A DNA stretch of 64,000 bases from Marispirochaeta sp. Lineage in GTDB: Bacteria > Spirochaetota > Spirochaetia > JC444 > Marispirochaetaceae. The stretch lies in assembly GCA_963676835.2 (NCBI GenBank), contig CAXXFF010000001.1:640001-704000 (forward strand), in the 5' to 3' direction. A program made the position numbers and the translations under genes. Within the stretch, counting starts at the first letter, position 1; the number at the start of each line of letters is the position of its first letter. A model generated the notes under the pieces. It was not told where the DNA came from. It saw only the letters and a list, made by a program, of their open reading frames with translations, and ran no database searches. Of this stretch, positions 60,022 through 64,000 are shown piece by piece.

Positions 60022-61365
60022 ATGCCGTATCAATCGAAAGAGACCAACGATTCCGGAACAAAACAGGAAACCAATACAGCAAAACAGCAGAATCGCCTGC
60101 ATATTCTCAAGCACCTGAATATTGACTATACCGAAGCAATCCGTGACCCCCTCTGGCAGAATATCTACCTTACTCCCGCCATGAAGAAACTTGTTGCCCT
60201 GGGCGAATTTCAGAAGCTCGCCGGTATCCGACAGCTTGGGCCCGCCTATCTGGTCTACCCGGGGGCAACCCACACCAGGCTCAATCACAGCCTCGGGGTA
60301 TTTCATCTGGCAAAAAGAATTATCGGAAGTATAGCCATGGACCCCCGCAGCCCCGAACTGAGCATCAGCGGAGTAAAGGCTTTTCTCTGCGCCTCTCTGC
60401 TGCATGACCTTGGCCACTTCCCCTACACCCATTCATTCAAGGATCTGCCTCTGCTTGATCATGAGGTTCTGACGGGGCAGCTGGTACTGACTCCGGACTT
60501 CAGGAAGGTTTTAGAAGAGGATGTTAAGGTGGAGCCCTACCGGGTCGCCGCCATTGTTGATGAAAACCTGGACCACCGCAATGACAACGAGGTGAAATTC
60601 TACCGCAGAATCCTTTCCGGTGTTCTTGATCCGGATAAACTGGACTACCTCAACCGGGATGCCTTTTTCTGCGGGGTTCCCTACGGCATTCAGGATACTG
60701 ACTTTTTCATCGACAAGATTGTCCCCACGGAAACGGAGCTGACCCTTGATGAGGGGGGCCTCGGATCGGTGGAGAGCCTTCTTTTTGCCAAATACCAGAT
60801 GTACCGCAGTGTCTACTGGCACCGTACCGTACGCATTGCCACGGCGATGATAAAAAAGGCGGTACTGTTAGGACTTACCGAGGGAGACCTTAGAAGCGAG
60901 GAGCTCTACAACCTGGATGACGCGGGCTTCCACAATGCCCTGACCAGGAGAAACCGGGACTACTACACCCTGGCGGAACGGGTTTTTCGCAGAAACCTGC
61001 TGAAAACCGCCTGCGAGTCCCCTTTCGATGAGAGAACCCACGGCGCTGCGGTGGATCTCTACAGACGTCTTGAGTTTGAACAGCGCATCGCCACTGAACT
61101 GCGCAGCAAATTCAGCCTTCAATTAGAAGACTGGGAAGTCATTCTGGATATCCCCGAACCGATCTCTTTCGAAGTGAATCTCAAGATTCACCATGACGGC
61201 GAGTTTGTGCCTTTCAGCGGTTCAGGCTCGGTTTTTACCCGATCTCTTGTAGAGAATTTCACCGCAAACCTGCGAAAAACCAGACTGTTCCTGCCGGAAC
61301 TGCAGGATCCCGCAGCACGGGCGGCACTGCCGGAGATTATCGATTCCGTACTGGCTTTAAGGTAA
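60022..61365 (+). CDS. HD-domain phosphohydrolase (dNTP triphosphohydrolase/SAMHD1-like)
   Basis: IRDPLW, FQKLAGIRQLG, YPGATHTRLNHSLG, LLHDLGHFPYTH, DKLDYLNRD, MYRSVYWH. Confidence 0.9.
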   Translation: MPYQSKETNDSGTKQETNTAKQQNRLHILKHLNIDYTEAIRDPLWQNIYLTPAMKKLVALGEFQKLAGIRQLGPAYLVYPGATHTRLNHSLGVFHLAKRIIGSIAMDPRSPELSISGVKAFLCASLLHDLGHFPYTHSFKDLPLLDHEVLTGQLVLTPDFRKVLEEDVKVEPYRVAAIVDENLDHRNDNEVKFYRRILSGVLDPDKLDYLNRDAFFCGVPYGIQDTDFFIDKIVPTETELTLDEGGLGSVESLLFAKYQMYRSVYWHRTVRIATAMIKKAVLLGLTEGDLRSEELYNLDDAGFHNALTRRNRDYYTLAERVFRRNLLKTACESPFDERTHGAAVDLYRRLEFEQRIATELRSKFSLQLEDWEVILDIPEPISFEVNLKIHHDGEFVPFSGSGSVFTRSLVENFTANLRKTRLFLPELQDPAARAALPEIIDSVLALR

Positions 61366-61462
61366 CGGGGAAAAGAATATTCAGATAATGAGTGAATCTT
61401 GCAGAAGGGTGCGAAAGATATTACAGTGGGCCTTTAATGCTGCACTGCTATAAGAGAGGGAA

Positions 61463-61918
61463 ATGAAATACTCCAAACTAATGCGGGAACGGATCCAGCG
61501 GGTTAACGTACTGTTTAAAGAGCTGGGCTATGACACCTTTGACAACTCCGGAGACGAGGCTTCGTTTATCGCCGGATTTGAAAACAAGGAAGGTTCCGCC
61601 GGTGAATTCTACATCGATATGGACAATAAATTCCTGGAGATTGCCTACACCTTCTCATTTCCTCCGGCCATCGCAGCTTTCCTGCAGCGGCGTCTGGTTG
61701 ATATGCTCAAGCTCTGCTACGAATTCGGCTGTTACATCAATATAACCAAAGACGACGAAATAGCCTTTTCCATCTTCTCCAAGATCTACTTTGCGGGGCT
61801 TAACTTTTACAGCCTCAAAGAGACCCTGAAAGACTTCAACCTCTGTGTAACTGCCATAAAAGAGGCGGTGGATATACATACGGAAGAGGAAGAAGAGACC
61901 GAAACGGACGAAGACTAG
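61463..61918 (+). CDS. Hypothetical protein, possibly YbjN/secretion-chaperone-like fold
   Basis: RBS GAGGG, a helix-strands-helix pattern and an acidic tail. The fold call is a guess. Confidence 0.65.
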   Translation: MKYSKLMRERIQRVNVLFKELGYDTFDNSGDEASFIAGFENKEGSAGEFYIDMDNKFLEIAYTFSFPPAIAAFLQRRLVDMLKLCYEFGCYINITKDDEIAFSIFSKIYFAGLNFYSLKETLKDFNLCVTAIKEAVDIHTEEEEETETDED

Positions 61919-62202
61919 AACCGTTCCGAATGGATGGCTATATCATGGAGCCGTCCGGGTACCGATTCCTCAAGAAAATCGGCAATCCTCTGCATTACCT
62001 TCTCTCCCAGCTCCTTGGAGTTGGTGACATAGGCGGCGCCTATGTGGCAGAACTGCAGGGAATCCTGCAGGTCTATTTCCGCTGCAGAGACCTTGTATTT
62101 GCGGATTATTCTGTCTTTGAGGGAACGCAGAACCTGCCGCTTCTCTTTCAGAGAAGTACTGTCAGGGAGTTCTATTATGGCCTGCAGCATGGAAACTACC
62201 AC
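61915..62202 (-). CDS. DUF503 (YlxP-like) protein
   Basis: SLKEKRQVLRSLKDRI...VSAAEIDLQD. GTG start at 62202 after GGAGG. Confidence 0.85.
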   Translation of the reverse strand: MVVSMLQAIIELPDSTSLKEKRQVLRSLKDRIIRKYKVSAAEIDLQDSLQFCHIGAAYVTNSKELGEKVMQRIADFLEESVPGRLHDIAIHSERF

Positions 62203-62206
62203 CGGA

Positions 62207-63334
62207 TCAGCTTCCTCCGAGAATATCCTTGAAATCATCCATGGTAAGATCCGTGGCAAGATCTGCAGAGTCGCCGGCGGAACTGCTCTTCTCCCTGATC
62301 TTCATGGGAAGAAAAACCTCGTTATAGGCCTGTGCCAGCCGGTAGATATCATCCTCCCGGTATTCCCCGTCGGTCTTAACCTCCAGATTGTAGCCCCCTT
62401 CGGTCATTCCCCTGCGCATGACATGCACCGGATCTGAAACAGTAAGGGCAAAATGGGGACTGTAGACAAAGAGAAACATCAGGGTGAGAACGATTACCAC
62501 GGTAAAATAGAGAAGGTTATCTCGGGAAGAGAGAACATTAATCTCCCTGAGATCAAAGAAAAACTTCAGATCCCCCCGGGTATCATAATAGTAGTCTCCA
62601 GGTCCGAAAATACGGCTGTACTCATCGTTGGTATAGCGGCTGTAGATGGTGGTTTCTCCCCGCTGGAGAATGAGCAGACAGCTGTCGATTTCAGCATAGG
62701 CTGCCACCTCTGCAGGTCTTGCAGCACCAGGGGCGGAGAGGGTCTGCATAACACCGGAAAACCGTTCCTGTGCCTGATCAAAGGGAGACGGTACCCCGGT
62801 AAAACTGCCAATTAAGGTATAGGCAAACACAACAAAGACAAAGCTTGTTATGGCCAGGGTCGATATCTTTGCCACATGACGCTGGGCCATACGGGATTCG
62901 GTATTCTTAATCTGCTTGAAGATCTTGGTAATCCTCAGGAGCCTCAAAACCCGGGCAATGCGGATAGCCTTGACCACCTTGAGCACATTAAGGAATCCCC
63001 CGACGCCTGCAAACGCGCTGCCTCCGGCAACCAGGGCAAACATGGCCGGACCGGAGTTAAAGGCAAGCAGGGGTACAGAAGCCAGGAAATCAATCCAGCC
63101 CCGTTCCTTGACGATATAGTGCCCGCCCCTGCCGTCGGTAAGGGCATAATAGTAACGGGCCAGAAACTCAAGGGTAAAAAAGAGGTCAAAAACAAAACCG
63201 CTGTAGACAAGGATACGGCGGAAATCCCAGCCGAGTCCCAGAACAACAGCAAAATCCTCGAGAAAGGTCTGTATCAGAACGAGAATAATCATGAAAATCA
63301 CGATTCCCTCGAGGTACTTTTTAAGTTTTTCCAT
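62207..63334 (-). CDS. Ion-transport (voltage-sensor-like) domain protein with periplasmic loop and HAMP-like C-terminus
   Basis: S2 FDLFFTLEFLARY, S3 WIDFLASVP, S4 KVVKAIRIARVLRLLRITKIFK, then TM, ~95-aa loop, TM and SDPVHVMRRGM...DDIYRLAQAYN. Confidence 0.78.
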   Translation of the reverse strand: MEKLKKYLEGIVIFMIILVLIQTFLEDFAVVLGLGWDFRRILVYSGFVFDLFFTLEFLARYYYALTDGRGGHYIVKERGWIDFLASVPLLAFNSGPAMFALVAGGSAFAGVGGFLNVLKVVKAIRIARVLRLLRITKIFKQIKNTESRMAQRHVAKISTLAITSFVFVVFAYTLIGSFTGVPSPFDQAQERFSGVMQTLSAPGAARPAEVAAYAEIDSCLLILQRGETTIYSRYTNDEYSRIFGPGDYYYDTRGDLKFFFDLREINVLSSRDNLLYFTVVIVLTLMFLFVYSPHFALTVSDPVHVMRRGMTEGGYNLEVKTDGEYREDDIYRLAQAYNEVFLPMKIREKSSSAGDSADLATDLTMDDFKDILGGS

Positions 63335-63357
63335 ATTCAGGCTCCCTGTGCTTGACT

Positions 63358-63999
63358 CTACCAGCCGTTTTCAGCGGCAATTTTGTAAAGTTCGTCCAGA
63401 AGTTTTATATCGTATCCGAAATATTTAAAATTTCTGCGGGCCGTGTTTATCCAGCTTTTATCCTGGGTATCGGCTCCACGGTCAATCTTCATATTGCCCC
63501 GGTAGGCTCGGTACATGCTTGCGGTTACAGAAGTCAGCCGGGCGGTAGCTTCAATAAAACGGTTCTCCAGAAAGGAGACGGTGGAATTGACAGCACTGCG
63601 GTGTATCTGCTCCGGCATGGAAGGAAACTTGGAAATAAATGTTTCCACAATCCGTTCCGCCGCTGCAGCAGGTAGAAGACCGGACTGCCTGTCTGCGGTG
63701 GATACTCCGCTGGTCATACTCGCCACCAGAGGACGCATAAGCAGGCAGGTTCTTAAGACATTCACCACTTCTTCCTTACCCATCCGCAGGCGCTGCACCT
63801 TGGTCAGTTCAAAGTGTATATACTCTTTTCTCTGATAAATCTGTTCCATATACTTTTCATCACAGCGGTGAAGAATGGCATTGATGGACCCGATGAGCTC
63901 CCTGCGGGTTTCGAAATTATTCAGCGATGAAAGCAGCAGAGCCTCAAGATCCTGTTTAACCTTCGCCGCAGGCATACTCTGCTGACGGAAGAAGGAGAT
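63358..63999 (-). CDS. Hypothetical protein, probably 5'-truncated by the window edge
   Basis: The frame of ORF 63358..63975 stays open to the window end (ISFFRQQSMPAAK...). Confidence 0.7.
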   Translation of the reverse strand: MSFFRQQSMPAAKVKQDLEALLLSSLNNFETRRELIGSINAILHRCDEKYMEQIYQRKEYIHFELTKVQRLRMGKEEVVNVLRTCLLMRPLVASMTSGVSTADRQSGLLPAAAAERIVETFISKFPSMPEQIHRSAVNSTVSFLENRFIEATARLTSVTASMYRAYRGNMKIDRGADTQDKSWINTARRNFKYFGYDIKLLDELYKIAAENGW

Positions 64000-64000
64000 A

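Noticed and set aside
60022..61918. HD dNTPase as an anti-phage defence system
   Set aside because: It has ordinary housekeeping-type motifs in a core-gene context with no defence neighbours.

Overview
Core-chromosome segment of a bacterium that looks like a free-living spirochaete. This is inferred from the 16S 5' motif GCGGCGCGTTTTAAGCATGC and a gene repertoire typical of spirochaetes: long-form upp, FadL-like/UPF0164 barrels, a giant HAMP-SpoIIE protein and PilZ proteins. The window opens with the 3' part of an IS66 element inserted just past the end of a complete minus-strand rRNA operon (16S, tRNA-Ala, 23S, 5S). It then holds three more tRNAs and about 45 housekeeping, envelope and signalling genes. 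The most notable observations are: (1) a ~265-nt multi-branched RNA structure with an internal terminator-like hairpin in the 23S-5S spacer; (2) a ~100-nt intervening sequence in 23S helix 25; (3) a duplicated tRNA-Ala 3' end split by a ~105-nt structured insert; (4) a voltage-sensor-like (S1-S4) protein joined to a periplasmic sensor and HAMP module with no pore and no output domain; (5) a candidate trans-envelope signalling cluster of outer-membrane barrel, 1051-aa periplasmic helical protein and 1626-aa PP2C receptor; (6) a GC-rich, frameshifted second DnaE gene whose promoter is covered by a 22-bp palindrome that may be an unusual SOS operator. No CRISPR array, prophage or clear defence island was seen. 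All family calls come from motif reading by eye, with no database searches.
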